Of a stretch of 64,000 bases of DNA, positions 13,171 to 27,688 are shown one piece after another. Positions within the stretch are counted from its first letter, which is position 1, and each line of letters opens with the position of its first letter. Under the pieces are notes generated by a model, which saw only the letters and a program-made list of their open reading frames with translations, was not told where the DNA came from and ran no database searches. The position numbers were made by a program, and so were the translations under genes. The stretch comes from Octopus sinensis (lineage: Eukaryota), in NCBI RefSeq assembly GCF_006345805.1, contig NC_043002.1, forward strand, positions 34,100,001-34,164,000, in the 5' to 3' direction.

Positions 13171-13842
13171 CCACATTTGTTATATTTTGTAACACACTCA
13201 CAACACACACACACACACCACACACCACACACACCACACACACTCACAAACGCACACACACACACACACAATATATATCTTACAGACAACGTAACACAGC
13301 TGAGTGATATATAAAAGTGTGCTGTGTTGTGTCTAAGAGTCAGGTTGAGTCAGCAGTGCTAGTGGTGTCAACACCAGATCAGTGATGTGTGCCAAAGGAC
13401 CAGCCAAGCCTAAAACACACTCAGAGCTTTGGCTCCTTCATCCATCCGCACCCTTCACCATGATCCCTTGAACTTTCAATACTCATATGAATCGGTGTCT
13501 TTTGGAGGTGGGATGAAGGTATATTACGCACGCGTTCATACTCACTCAGACACACGCGCGTGCGCGCACACACACACACACACACATACACACATGTATA
13601 CACCACAGACATATATGCATATACTTGACATATGCACACAAATAAGATCCGACACACCTTTGTGCTCATTCACGCACACTTAAGTGCATACACATACGAA
13701 TATACAGACACTAACACATACATATCACTATGCCACGAAGTCATATATATATAATATATATATATATATATAGATATATATATATATATATATATATACT
13801 ATATATATATTATATATATATATATATCATATATATATATAC

Positions 13843-13873
<31 letters not shown>

Positions 13874-13928
13874 ATAATATATATATATATATATATATAC
13901 TCATATATATATATTGTACATATATGGA

Positions 13929-13979
<51 letters not shown>

Positions 13980-14080
13980 TATATATACATTTGCATAAGT
14001 ACACACACACACACACATATATATGTACATATATGAATATATATGGATGCATATATATATATATGTATATACATATGCAT

Positions 14081-14131
<51 letters not shown>

Positions 14132-14973
14132 CTTATGCATATGTATATGACAATGACACACATACACATATATAGAATTGATGTGTTTGGTTCGTAGATT
14201 AATGGAAATCTCTTCCTATCCATCGCCAAATCGAAATAGGATTGGTGCTATGGCAAATGTACACAACACACCCCATGCACACACACACGCATACACATCC
14301 ACACACACGCACGCACACACAGAGAAATGGTGTAATATATATGTGTATGTGTGTGTTGCATATATTTATATATATCCACTCATTTATATATACATGCTTA
14401 TATGTATTTATATACATGTAAATATATAAACATATGTATGTGTATACACATATATACATATATATGTACACCTATGTATGTCTCTCCATGACATAGGAAC
14501 TTACTCATACAAAAAACACTCCAAGCAAAGCGCGCATGCACGTATACGGGTCTATGTATACACATAGCTTGCCGGGAATCTCGAAGTAGTATATTAAAAT
14601 TTATATATTTGTACAATGTATTAAATATTTTTCTGTTTCTATAATATTGAGTTCTACTACCTTTGTTATTGCACTTATGGTTTATATCTACGTACCTATA
14701 TACGATGAACATACAAGGATAATTTATCCTGGCGAGTATCGTAAGAGCTCTCAGGTATACTCCAGGTTCCAGCTAACATGTAGTAAAAAGCATCAAGGAT
14801 TGCTTAGGGTGAGCAATCCACTGTAATTTTGCTAATGCTTAAATCCAGGTTTGCTTCACTGGATTATATTATATATATATATATTATATAGATAAATATA
14901 AATATTAGGGAATAATCCAAATTTACAGGGAAAAAAATCAGATAGGATTAAATCCATTTTATAGTAAAATATT

Positions 14974-15287
14974 ATAAATATTATTAGAGACAAAACCACT
15001 ATTTTGCAAAACAAACAAGGAAAGACTAATCAATACATAAAATTTTAATAAATAGTCAAAAAAAACCGCCACTACAATGTCTTGTCTTGATCGACAATTT
15101 CAGGTGGACTTCCAATAAGTCAATAATTTGAAACTGACTTATTGAAGTCCACCTGAAGATTGTCGATCAAGACAAGAAACAATTGTAGTGGCGGGTTTTT
15201 TTGACTATTTATTAAAATTTTATGTATTGATTAAGTCTTCCTTGTTTGTTTTGCAAAGTAGTGGTTTTGTCTCTAATAATATTTTAT
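14974..15287. mobile_element. About 310-bp palindromic element in (TA)n carrying a hammerhead motif (Penelope-like inverted terminal repeat)
   Basis: About 150-bp arms around an approximately 10-nt loop near 15128. A related single arm (attagagataaaaccact...) lies at about 18875-19010. Confidence 0.75.
15149..15191 (+). ncRNA. Minimal type-I hammerhead ribozyme
   Basis: ccac-CTGAAGA-ttgtc(gatcaa)gacaa-GAAAC-aatt-GTA-gtgg: intact core, 5-bp stem II, palindromic stem III (acaattgt), 4-bp stem I. Confidence 0.8.
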
Positions 15288-15896
15288 TATATATATATAT
15301 ATATATAATATATATATATATAATATAATATATATATATATACACCCATAACAGAGAGTTGCATGATAGGTCGAAACGATCTACGTACTGAATAAAGACT
15401 AGTGCTAAATCTATCTTCCGTTCCCTTCATCAATTATTATCTCAACTAGCAGTATGGAATTCTTGACGTAGATCCAGAGAATATAATTCCAACTGTGGAT
15501 GACACCAAGAAGGCCAGGTATGAATGTGCTTTACCCAACACACTAATATCGATATATACTCATTGGTCAAAACATTACACACACACACAACTATATATTA
15601 TATATAATATATTATATATATATATTATATAATATATATTATTATATATATATATATATATATATATTTCCTAACTTATGGACTCTGAGACGACTTACAC
15701 ACACACAAACACGCACGCACGTACGTACACAGACACACATAGACACACACACATTTGTAAATTGTAAGAGATTTGCTCCAAATGTTTATCAATTTACTCT
15801 CAGTTAGGTATTCAAAATAGGTTAGTCAACAGTTAATATGTAAATCCAGGCAACTTCGTAATAATCCTTATTATTGTTGATATATATATATATATA

Positions 15897-15936
<40 letters not shown>

Positions 15937-15938
<2 letters not shown>

Positions 15939-16126
15939 GGAGAATTCACAAAAAAGCAAAAGACACGAAGACAGGTGGAGTAGACAGCAAACAGATGTAT
16001 TAGTTTAACGCTCGGGAATTGAAGAAGTTTTTAACGTTTCGAGCCTACGCTCTTTCACAGAAAGAAACACAGAAAGAAACAAGGAGAGAAAATAAAGAAT
16101 GTGTAATGGATAGCAATCTATCATGG

Positions 16127-16128
<2 letters not shown>
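15937..16128 (-). mobile_element. About 190-bp non-coding element family A with hammerhead-like motif (16029-16064), between (TG)n tracts
   Basis: Reverse complement matches 32960-33152 and 43250-43405; motif cttt-CTGTGAA-agagcgtaggctc-GAAAC-GTT-aaaa. Confidence 0.7.
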
Positions 16129-16195
<67 letters not shown>

Positions 16196-16342
16196 TGTGC
16201 ATAGACAGATATACCTTTCATTTTCAATTTTTCCTTTTTTCACTCTTTGGATAACTGGCACACCAAGAATTTATGGGGACGTACACAAACCATCATCGGT
16301 TGACAAGCAGTGGTGAGTAACAATCACAAACATATGCACACT

Positions 16343-16389
<47 letters not shown>

Positions 16390-16409
16390 ACAAATATATA
16401 TATACACAC

Positions 16410-16440
<31 letters not shown>

Positions 16441-16654
16441 CGTACACATAAATGACAAGGTGATACGAAATCATGTAATGAACGTAATTTCTTGTTCCTT
16501 TGTCGTTTATATAATCTCTTAGTACGCTCTGTACGCGACTAACGTCTTCTATGCAAACATAAAAATTGAGTTCTAACACCAAGTTATTAGTATCGCTATG
16601 CCTACATACATACATACATACATACATACATACATACATACATACATACATACA

Positions 16655-17208
16655 TGGTGGCTGCCTCCTCGTTATCGAGTATGGCCATTGCACGAAGCTT
16701 AATCAATGTTGCTATCATGTGATGCCTGTGCAAGAAGATTTTTTTTAAAGTGATGAAAGGCTGTGTACTGAGTCAACCCCACTCACTAAGCAACAGCAGC
16801 CATAATCCGAAAAGAAGAACAAGTCAACATCATCGGTAACCACTGAGTTGCAGGTTTTATATTGGAGTTATCCCAGTTACCTGAGTTATCTTCTCCTAGA
16901 AGGATGCCCTAACAAAGGCTAGGAGTCCTTCACTCCCAATGGTTTAACCGTTCGATCGGGTATTCAGTCCGATTATTTCTATGTCCCCGCGCATGATACA
17001 GCCTTAAGACATTTATTGGATGGCCGTTGACTCTCAAGTGTTCATCCGCTCTTTGACGGGTTTTGTTTTTCATCCCGCAGGGTGTCCAATAAACACCCTC
17101 CTCGCCTAGCAAGCTTGGTGGGGTTGCCGGTTTAGTTACCGACGACCCGACTATACAACAGGTTGTACTGGGTTACATGTTACCAGTAGCACTCGAAAGT
17201 GACCTGAC
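16655..17208 (-). mobile_element. Non-autonomous bipartite RTE-derived element in (TACA)n
   Basis: 3' end aagcttcgtgcaatggccatactcgataacgag is shared with the RTE 3' end at 62627-62660. The interior resembles RTE 5' regions. No ORF; the same microsatellite flanks both sides. Confidence 0.6.
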
Positions 17209-17489
17209 ATACATACATACATACATACATACATACATACATACACATACATACATACATACATACATACATACATACACACATATAACGGCTTTCTTCT
17301 AGTTCCTGGCTATCAAATCTACTCACTAGGCTTTTGTTGGCCCAGGACTTGATCAAGATGCTACGCAGTGGTGAACTCAGAACTGTGTGTCGGAATCAAA
17401 CTTCTTACAATGCAGCCAAACCCATATATACATACAGTTGATATATATATATATATATATATAGATATATATATATATATTATATAGTA

Positions 17490-17700
17490 TAATTATAAGT
17501 AAGGGTATCTAACAGATGCCACCATACTAGAAATTAGCCAAAACTTGACTCTAAAACCACATTAAATGTTCATACAGCCTCAGGAGAGACGACAAAGAGA
17601 CAAAATAAACTAGCAAAAAAAAAAATTACTGGATAATTCCAGATCCCGGATTTCTGACTCTCCATAAGAAATGCTTTGCCTTCATCAGTGTAATATACGC
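17490..17700 (-). mobile_element. Penelope-like terminal-repeat fragment with degenerate hammerhead (17638-17692)
   Basis: Minus strand CTGATGA-aggc...gtca-GAAATCCGGGATC; 17495-17615 is homologous to an arm of the 43707-43991 palindrome. Confidence 0.55.
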
Positions 17701-17722
17701 AGATAGCACATAAATACATACG

Positions 17723-17757
<35 letters not shown>

Positions 17758-18827
17758 GTATGTATTTATGTGCTTTTTGCGTGCGTGTGTGCGTGCGTGT
17801 GTGTGTGCGCGTGCGCCTGTGTGTGTGTGTGTGTTTGTGTATGTGTAGTGGCAGTATGTTAAGAAGTTTTCTTCCTAATGACGTGTTTCTAGGTTCATAG
17901 AATGCAAAAGCCTCGGAGTTTTGTTGTTCCTATTGTTGTTGATGCTGGCTTTTAGCCCCAAATTAGTTTTAATTGAATAGGCTCTTATAATCAAAGGACT
18001 TTCAGCTGCTTTTCATTTTACCTTTCTGTTTTTCTTTTGCGGGAGAACTGATTACGATTTCTCGGAGGTCGTGTGATCATTTACAAACTCCCTCGATAGT
18101 GCACGTCCGCCATTGTTACTGTGGTTGCGGCTAATGAAGACGACGGCGACGACAGCTGTGACGATGGCGGTGACGGTGACGACGGCAGCGGCGGCGGCGT
18201 CAACTACGACGACGATGGTGTACCGACTGTGGTTGCTGTATTTTCCCTTATGTTATTTGCTGTTACCCTTTCGCTTGTCTTTGTGTTTAAGTCTTTCACC
18301 TTGTTTTGTGAACCTAATTATGCTTTTCCACACGCTATCTTAACACAACTAATTATTCATACGGGTGCCGTGTATCGCGTATTTCAGGGTATATACAATT
18401 GTGATATGTTAATTATAAATTATATCGTCTGATTATAGCTCCATTCTTTCCTGCTCTATTTACCATCATCTCGGTGTATTCATTAGACCCATATGTACCC
18501 AGTGATCCAAGTACCCCCACGTTCCAAACTGGCTGTCACCCTCCAACTGAACGATATACAATGATATATCACTAGAGAAATTAAAACATCATTTTCTTTA
18601 CCACAATTCTTTGTTTAAGGATTCACTTTCCTTTTAACCTCGACACTCATCTGTTACCTTTACTGTGTCACAAACATGACAGCGAACTACGAGTCAAAGT
18701 ATCAGTGTCACACTATTTGTCCTCAGCTGTAACTTTCGCTGTTACACTGCCCCATGTATTGCGACACTGACCGCTAGGCACGAGTGTAGCGCACCCACCT
18801 GTTCTGTCTGCTTTTTACCTCGTTATC

Positions 18828-18873
<46 letters not shown>

Positions 18874-19012
18874 AATTAGAGATAAAACCACTGTTATGCA
18901 ACTGAAACAGTGATAGACATAAACCAAAGCATAAATAACAAATTGTATATATTTTTATAAAACATTTTACTAGATCTCAAAAAGTATAAAAATGAATGAG
19001 CAATATATAAGT

Positions 19013-19056
<44 letters not shown>

Positions 19057-19179
19057 ATCTATATGTGTGTGTGTGTATGTGTGTATGTATTTATGTATGT
19101 ATGTATATGTGTGTATACATGTATGTATGTGTGTATGTATGTATGTATGTATGTATGTATGTATGTATGTATGTATGTA

Positions 19180-19483
19180 TGTATGTATACATTGTTCTCG
19201 CATATAGAGCAAGTTTGGCTTTCAGATGCTTCCATCGTGAAGATCGCAATCTACCTTTCCTTGATCAGAAAGAGCAGCCACTTTGATCACAACAGCAGAG
19301 AAGAGAAAAGCTAATTAGATGGCCATGACTAAAAGGACAGCCGACAGACATCTTCCATTTTAGTCAAGCAGTTATTGTTTTCAAGTTGGAGAGGGATGTG
19401 ACGGCTTCCTGCAAATGCTTCAAAAGTTGATAAGTGTCACAATCATGTTCTCAGTATGCATCTGGTGGTCCTAGAGTGACAGA

Positions 19484-19522
<39 letters not shown>

Positions 19523-19566
19523 AAGAAGAGAGAGAGAGAGAGAGAAAGAGAGAGATAGAAAGAGAG

Positions 19567-19616
<50 letters not shown>

Positions 19617-20760
19617 CGAGTGGTTTTTGTGGTCAGCTTAACGTAGAACTGTGGATTCCGTGAGTGATTCTTTCTGGTTTTCACCCTTTGAGAAATGTCT
19701 CCTTCACGTTATATTGTTTGCACCTTATATTGTTTGCACGTTAAATTGTTTCGTTCAGCGTCCGGCGCTCGTGTTAGAGGTGCTGTGTGTCAAGAAATAT
19801 CATTCGTAGCAGATGTGCTCTCGACATCGTTCACATGCTTCTGACTGGGGCTCAGAAGTTATAGCCCAAACTGTTATCAATAATCGTAAGAATTAAAAAT
19901 AATTCAAATTCAACTTTTTCTTGGAGCAATACATTTCTATAACAATTAGGATTTAAATTCCAATCTATGAAACGTTTTCGTTCTGCAATATTCTTAAAGG
20001 AACGAAACATTATCCAGGAACTCGAGCTAATACGAACGAACCAGGTAGGTGTAAAAGCCTAACTGGCATCTCTTGTCAAGAGTACAGATGATAGTCAGAT
20101 CACTGATGTTTGTTGTGTACTCCGCTGTCGTTACTTGATTGCTGTTATTCCGTGCTTCTGTGTGTAAGGATCAGTTGTGTTTTGCAGGGCTGTTTTATTT
20201 TTACCCTTAACTTAGAAATAGAGAAAGGCATAGTGCTAGATATTAAAAAAATGAACCACTTGGGGCTAGAAATAAAGGGGGAAAGCGTGAAATTCTTCGA
20301 GCAGGCATGTGTTTTATGCTAAATCTGTGATGAGCGCAAGTGATGCTGATGACCTGGGATCGCCTCTTCTATGAGCAAACATTTTGTCGACATGATTTTT
20401 TAATCATAGAATCTAGTCTAATAGAAGGCCTGAATAGCACGATTAGTTTAAATATTAGAGTCCAGAAAAGGCAAAAAAGAAAACAGCGATGTATGTATGT
20501 GTATGTATGTATGTATGTATGTACGTATGTATACATTGTTCTCGGAGAGAGAGAGAGATAGAGAGAGAGAGAGTGAGAGAGAGTGAGAGAGAGAGAGAAA
20601 GAGAGATATAGAAAGAGAGAGAGAGAGAGAGAGAGAGAGTAAGAGAGATATATAGAGAGAAAGAGAGCGCCGTGTGGTTTTTGTGGTCAGCTTAACGTAG
20701 AACTGTGGATTCCGTAGTGATTCTTTCTGGTTTTCACCCTTTGAGAAATGTCTCCTTCAC
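19180..20760 (+). repeat. Local direct duplication with internal deletion
   Basis: tatacattgttctcg + (GA)n + gtggtttttgtggtcagc...tctccttcac at 19180-19708 recurs at 20525-20760 without 19201-19484. Confidence 0.85.
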
Positions 20761-21217
20761 TGCTACTAATTTGGCAGGCTTATGTTCCCGCCAGAACTTC
20801 TCATATGGGAGTCCAAACTTACAGCATATGATCCAGTACTGATCTAGTCTACCTATTTATATTTATTTGAGGCTAACATAGAGCATCCTGAAATGAAGTG
20901 GTCAGTTGTTTCTCTCGTTGCACCACAAAAACGACCGGCAGAAGCTCCATTTTTTATTTTTATGAACGCTTGCACTGTAGTTTCTGGTGGGTAGACACTG
21001 ACTCCGAGTTTCTGTAATGAAACCCTCTGTTTCTTATTTAAGTTCAGACGTAGCCAGTCATATTAAAGTCAACATCAGGATCGCCTTACTTTTTCCATCT
21101 CATCATATTATCATCATCGTCGTCACAACCACCACCACCACCACCACCAGCACCATCATCATCATCATCCTCATCATCATCATCATCATCATCTTCATTA
21201 TTATTTCATTATTATTA

Positions 21218-21281
<64 letters not shown>

Positions 21282-21283
<2 letters not shown>

Positions 21284-21490
21284 GGCAGCGAGCTGGCAGA
21301 ATCGTTAGTACGCCGGGCGAAATGCCTAGCGGTATTTCGTCTGTCTTTACATTCTGAGTTCAAATTCCACCGAGCTCGACTTTGCCTTTCGGGGTCGATA
21401 AATTAAGTACCAGTTGAATACTGGGGTCGATGTAATCGACACATCCTCTCCCCCAAAATGTGTACCCTTGTGGCAAAATTTGAAACCAGT
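21282..21490 (+). mobile_element. SINE family 1, full length, inside (TTA)n
   Basis: aaggcagcgagctggcagaatcgttag...gagttcaaattcc...ggggtcgataaattaagtaccag. Confidence 0.9.
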
Positions 21491-21497
21491 ATTATTG

Positions 21498-21568
<71 letters not shown>

Positions 21569-24500
21569 GTCGTTGTTGTTGTTGTTGTTGTTGAATGAAA
21601 GAGCAGCATACGCTATCAAAGTGGCGCTCGGGTACAATATACGAACCCTTATATACCCACCATGTCTACCTGTCTGATAACGGTACACCAGGCATATGCA
21701 TCACAACCATATGTGCGTGACATGGTGATCTCATATCAAGATAAACAGCGTATGACCTTGTAGATGCCGTCCAGTTAGAACTTTCTACAGGTCGAGTAGC
21801 TCATCTCACTCAAAAGGTCTCTGAACAAGTGTTGTTTAAGGGTGATAAGCGAAACCACCATAATTCCAGAGGTGAATTATCCAAATCCCCCAAAATCTCT
21901 CTCAATACCTGGCTATGATGCTCGTCCACTACGCCTGCTAATAATCAGAGATGCCCATATCGTCAACCACTAAGCAACGTGCTCAAGTGGTTAATTTAAA
22001 GCAATTGACAATCAAATCTGCGATATTAAGCAGAATATTTGCTATAGCCCAGATTTTACACCAAGACAAAATATGTACATATTAACATTTCCAATCAGTT
22101 CAGATCAGAAGACACATGAGCCACTGCATGGTACTGCATCAGGGCATTATTATTGTTGTTGTTGTTGTTTTGTTTTGTTTTTGTTGTTGTTATCATCATT
22201 ATTATTATTAAAGAAAGAAAGAAGTGTTTCAATGCCTTTAGCATTTGCAGACGAAACAGATGCACTTGTACCGCCGAGAGCGAAGTACCCTTGTCTTGGT
22301 TAGGCTGTTGTGTCAGTGACAAAGAAACGCACCCTAAATCTCAGAATTGGTTGTCCAACATATCGTACTATTTTCTCTACTACCCACGACTTTCAATGAT
22401 TTACTATCTAGTGGCAATTTGAGCTTGTGAAATGGGATGGTATGTTGTTGCTAACCCAGGTCAAACCTGGCCTAGCAGACCTATGATCAAAATCATTCCA
22501 GCCGTGACCATCCCTTCAAATATTCAGGCATAATATATCTAGAACTACATTAGTTTATGTCCTTCTTTTAAAGATGTTAGAGTATATTATGAGAGAAATA
22601 TGGTTGTTATTTCTAACACGTTATGTCGTAGATATATTTTGAGATTGATGTGACTGATATACTATGGGAATCCACATTCCAGTACTACATTAAAATATTC
22701 AGAACAACCAGTTTTTTTTTTCCTCTTACATTTCCGATCGACCATTGTCGCCTGTTTTTCGTATTGATGAATGACAGGCGATACCATTTACATAGGATTA
22801 AGCAGTTTGCTTTCGTATAAGTTGTTTTGTACACATATATAAACATGTGAACAAATACAGTTGATACATGAAAAACATCAGTATCAACAACAATAATACT
22901 AACAAAATAAGTATTAATTTTAATAATGAAAAAGTAATCACTCTTAGTTTTGTTCGGGCTGTCTTTTCTATAGCTAAAAAAAAATATGGAATAAATTTCA
23001 CGGGTGCTCACCTCAAATATCAGCTTATTTTCTACATAGCAACGAGTTTTTAAAATTCCTTTTGTATATTGTTAGTCTTATGATTTATTAACATTCTCTA
23101 ATACCTCATTCTTTGTGAAAAATATATAAAATATATTAAGTAGTCATTTTGTCCGAGATTTGAGTGGGCTAACAATTGTATTAACCTTCGGGATAACAAT
23201 ATTTTACACACGCCTGACTCCTTAAATCAAGCGAAAACAATAAAAGCGAATTATCAGAACTAGAAGACAATTTCACTGATGAAAATAAATAAATAAATGA
23301 ATAAAAAGAAAACCATATAAATAAGTAAATAAATAAATAAACAGGGAAAACGTTAGAATAACCCTTCACCCTACCGGTTGTAATAAAAGTGTCGTGTTGC
23401 TACAAAGAGTCAACTGTTAGAGAAGACATTAGTAACAAACGCCATTTTCGTGAACGTAGAAGAGTTACACATCCATCAAAGCTTAACAAAACATTTCATT
23501 TTGTGAGGTAAAGGAAGACAAAATGAAAATGATAAATCCTGGAAATAAATAATGTAATATAATATGAAATGATATAAATTAAATAGTAAAGAGTAGGATA
23601 TGATTACTATTGTGGCAAGTAATAACATTTAATCTAAAAGGTGGCAGGTAGGTCTCACTAACATTATCCCTCATAACAATGGTATACATGTTAAGCAGGA
23701 TATCATATTGTGTCAGTATGCATTGTGCGTTGTGTTATATTTATAGTGTGTGTGCGTGAGAGAGAGAGAGAAGGGAGAGAGAGAGGGGGAGGGGGAGAGA
23801 GAGAGGGAGAGAGAGAAAAAGAGACAGAGAGCTAGTGTGTGTATGTGAGAGGGTGTTTATGTGTGCATGTGTATGCGTGTGTATATGTGTTATTCGGAAT
23901 CGTTTCAGCTTAGGCCATCCTATTAAAATACAACCACAATGATTACGATGCCCCAGCTCGGCCACGTTTAGTAAGCTGAAACTAGTACAGAAATGCTATT
24001 GTTGCTGTTGACATGAAATGCTTTTCAAGACGTGATTTGAATATAGAGACTGTAATCCGGGTAACAAGAATCATTAAAAGAATGTCGACCCTACCCATAT
24101 TAATATAATCAACATTATATTTCCAAATCATTCTTTTTATATGTTAGCTGAACGTAATCTGTTTGAAAAGTGCAGTGGAGAGAAAGAAGATATGAGGGAA
24201 AAAATAGGAATGGGAAAGAGGAGGAAATATTAATGAAAAAATAATAATAATAATAAATAACGAGAATAAAATGAAAGAAAGAAAAAAATCTGTTTCTGAA
24301 TAGTTTGGCGGAAATGGTAAGTGTTTGCTTGGGTGATTTCTCCCAATGTTTGACTTCAAATGTGGTACAGTTGAATAGGGGGTCAGTAGCAAAATCCTTA
24401 TCTCCGATCACTTCAAACATACGGCTAAACCCTTTATCTCTAAGCATACATACAGCCATACAATACCCAACTAAACACTTTAGCACGGGTTATATCCGGC

Positions 24501-24803
24501 TATATCCACACGAAATCCATGGTTAAATCCTTTTCAGTGACCATTTCCACACAAAATCTACAACTAAACCGTTAATTTCTGATTATATCTACACATATCT
24601 ACACATAATCTACAGTTAAGTCCTCACATAATTCACTGATAAACCTTCTATAACTGACCATATACATGCATACATACATACATACATACATACATACATA
24701 CATACATACATACATACATACATACATACAAACATACGTACATACATAAATACATACACTATACATACATACATATACATGTGTGTACACGCACACGCGC
24801 ACA

Positions 24804-24847
<44 letters not shown>

Positions 24848-24996
24848 CACACATAATCCTCATTCAATCCATCATTGACTATACACGCAATTCACAACTA
24901 AATTATTAGATTTTATTATACAAATATAACCATATCTTTCTCAGATCTCTCATTTTCAACGGGCACATAATCTGTTCCCCCTAAATCCATCTACAG

Positions 24997-25335
24997 CAAT
25001 GGTTCTCAACCATTTTTCTATCTATGGACCTCTTTGATTATTATTCTATTTTGGTGGACCCCCAAAGTCGTCTGATGCGTAAAAACTAATTTTATAGACG
25101 CTTCTTTCAAAATTCCTGTTTTGGTTTTCACTCAATAACATATAAGTTGAAGTACGTAAAACGTTAGAGAAGGAAAACTTAGCTGTTTCTTGCAATAAAG
25201 GTATTTAAATTAAAATTTCTCATGGAGCTTGAAAATTCTACTGTGAGTCCCTTATTTACTATTTTGATTGCACGGATTCCCAAAAATCTCACACGGACTC
25301 CCAGGGGTAATATAGACCCCGGTTGAGAACCACTG
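24997..25335. mobile_element. hAT-Charlie-like MITE
   Basis: TIRs caatggttctcaacc / ggttgagaaccactg; 8-bp TSD atctacag / aactacag. Confidence 0.85.
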
Positions 25336-25602
25336 AACTACAGGAATCTTCTGCATCTAACATACTCTTTTTTCACAACTAAACCTTGGATCAATGACGT
25401 TCCAACCTTGAACTTTATCTCATATTTTCAGACGCCGTATATCAGAGATCATATTATTGTGTCTTCTAAAAGCAGCTTTATGTAATTTGAAAGAGATATG
25501 GCTGTTTTTTCCACCACATCGTGTAACGAAGTAGAGGCTACCTAAAAGGTTCTTTGATAGTGTCTTGGTGTTGTTGAATCAGACCACATCATTGCCTATA
25601 GT

Positions 25603-25815
25603 AAGGCAGCGAGCTGGCAGAATCGTTACCACGCCGGGAAAAATGCTTAGCGGCATTTCATCAGCGTTTTACTTCTGATTTTAAATTCCGCCGAGGTCAA
25701 CTTTGCCTCACATCCTTCCGGAGTCGTTAAAATCGGTACGATTTGAGCACTAGGTCAATCTAATCGACTTATTCCTTCCCTCGAACTTGATGGCTTTATA
25801 CCAAAATCTGAAACT
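25603..25815 (+). mobile_element. SINE family 1
   Basis: Same head, core and tail as 21282-21490. Confidence 0.85.
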
Positions 25816-26977
25816 AATATTGCCTAGGCTAAGGCCACAGCTCTTCAGAGCTGAAATGATTTTAAGGTCTTGTAGATACCTTGAGACGCAATGTTAAATA
25901 TGTTATAAATGGTTCAAGTAGGGTTACATTCAGCAATTAATATTCAACTATGTATTGGTATGCAATGCATTCTGTTCTTTTTGTCGTGTTTAACATTAGT
26001 TTTGGGCGATTTTAGTTAATTCATTATTATTGTGATTGGATTTTTGTTAACATTTGTAATAAAGTAGCGGGTTTTTGTTTATTACATAGTTTGAGAAATA
26101 CATGCCAAAGTTCTCTTTCTCAAAAGAAGCATCAATTACTTCTTGAAACTTATATGACAGTACTCAGGGTTTACGTTCCAACTTAATAAATTCTGTTTCA
26201 GAATGTCGTAGAGATTATTACTGATCTTAGTATTGTTATTTTCTGAAACATGTCTCACTCTATAGACATGTGTGTGTGATTGCGTTTGTACACACATACT
26301 CAAACTCCCACACATGCATATGCCTACACAAATCCGTGTGGATAATCTTTCCATGATTCACAGAAGTCATTTTTTTTCATTAATCCAACTGCATACTTAC
26401 AAATGGACAGACAGTTTTTAACTGCCTTATTTTCTACCTAACAGCTAGTTCAGTTTACTTCCGGTTTGCTTTCCAGTTCTCTTTTTGTTTGCTTTTCGAT
26501 ATTTTTCTCTTCTTTTTTTTTTCCTTTTCTTTTTTATTATCACCAATTTTGTCATTAAAATTGGTGCCGGACACACAATGCGCTATCCAAGTTTGTATGT
26601 CCAGTAGTATTTTCGAATTGTCATATTCTAAGGCAAATAGAAGCAACTCTACTTTCGCAACATTTTGAACATCTGAATAAAGCATACCCCTATATACACA
26701 ACCACAACTCGTATATATTAGCAATGGCTTACTCTAGACTCGTGAGATCCTCGAGAAGATATTGAATGGAGGTTCATATGAGTGCCACACAGCTCTTTGA
26801 CGAGGGGTGGAGAAGGCCTATGCAGAGCACCTTCGAAACATTATTGCATCATTTAGAATATATCCTGTGAATTAGTGAAGATTACCTTGATACACGGTCG
26901 TATGCTATTTCAGATCATACACGCGATATTTGATATCTATAGTATAAGAGCAGTTGGTATTCCTGTTATCTCGTGAC

Positions 26978-27195
26978 AAGGCAGCGAACTGGTTGAGTCG
27001 TTAGCTCACCGAACAAAATGCTTAGCATCATTTCGTCCATCTTTACGTTCTGAGTTCAAATTCCACCGAGGTTGACTTTGTCTTTCATCTTCATGGAGTC
27101 AATAAAATAAGTACCAGTTGAACACTGGGGTTGACGTAAGCGACTTATCCACCCCTTCCCATCGAAATTGCTGGCATTGTGTCAAAATTTGAAAT
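26978..27195 (+). mobile_element. SINE family 1
   Basis: Same head, core and tail as 21282-21490. Confidence 0.85.
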
Positions 27196-27239
27196 TAATA
27201 TATCTAGTGGTGATAACCTGGTACTGTCAGCCGAATGCT

Positions 27240-27277
<38 letters not shown>

Positions 27278-27278
<1 letters not shown>

Positions 27279-27436
27279 GACGGACTTCTTTCAGTTTCCG
27301 TCTACTAAATCCACTCACAAAGCTTTGGTCGGCCCGATGCTATAGCAGAAGACACTTGCCCAAGGTGCCACGAAGTGGGACTGAACCTGGAACCATGTGG
27401 TTGGGAAGCAAGCTCCTTACCACACTGCCACACCTA
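27278..27436 (-). mobile_element. SINE family 2, 5' half
   Basis: ttctttcagtttccgtctac...gacacttgcccaaggtgccac...gaaccatgtggttgg. Confidence 0.85.
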
Positions 27437-27688
27437 TCGGCAGCAATTATTTTCGCTATACTTAAAGAGTAGTTTTCAAACATGGATTACAAAAATATCC
27501 CTAATTTTTTCCCAGTATGCATCTCATTGATGCTTTTATTTCTACAGCTATAAAATGTTCATAGGCTTGTTTTCAAAGAATAATTATTTTCGTAGTATTT
27601 TAGTTACGTTCCTCTCCATTTGAACCCGTCCCCGTGACTTTGCATTTCACCCATAAACGGCTGATAAAATAAGTTTTTATTTATTTAT

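Noticed and set aside
21594-22130. Complex non-microsatellite block, possibly an interspersed repeat
   Set aside because: No motif or clean ORF I could assign; left unclassified.
22251-22298. Plus-strand 48-nt exon candidate (DETDALVPPRAKYPCL)
   Set aside because: Weak donor, no partner exons or recognisable homology.
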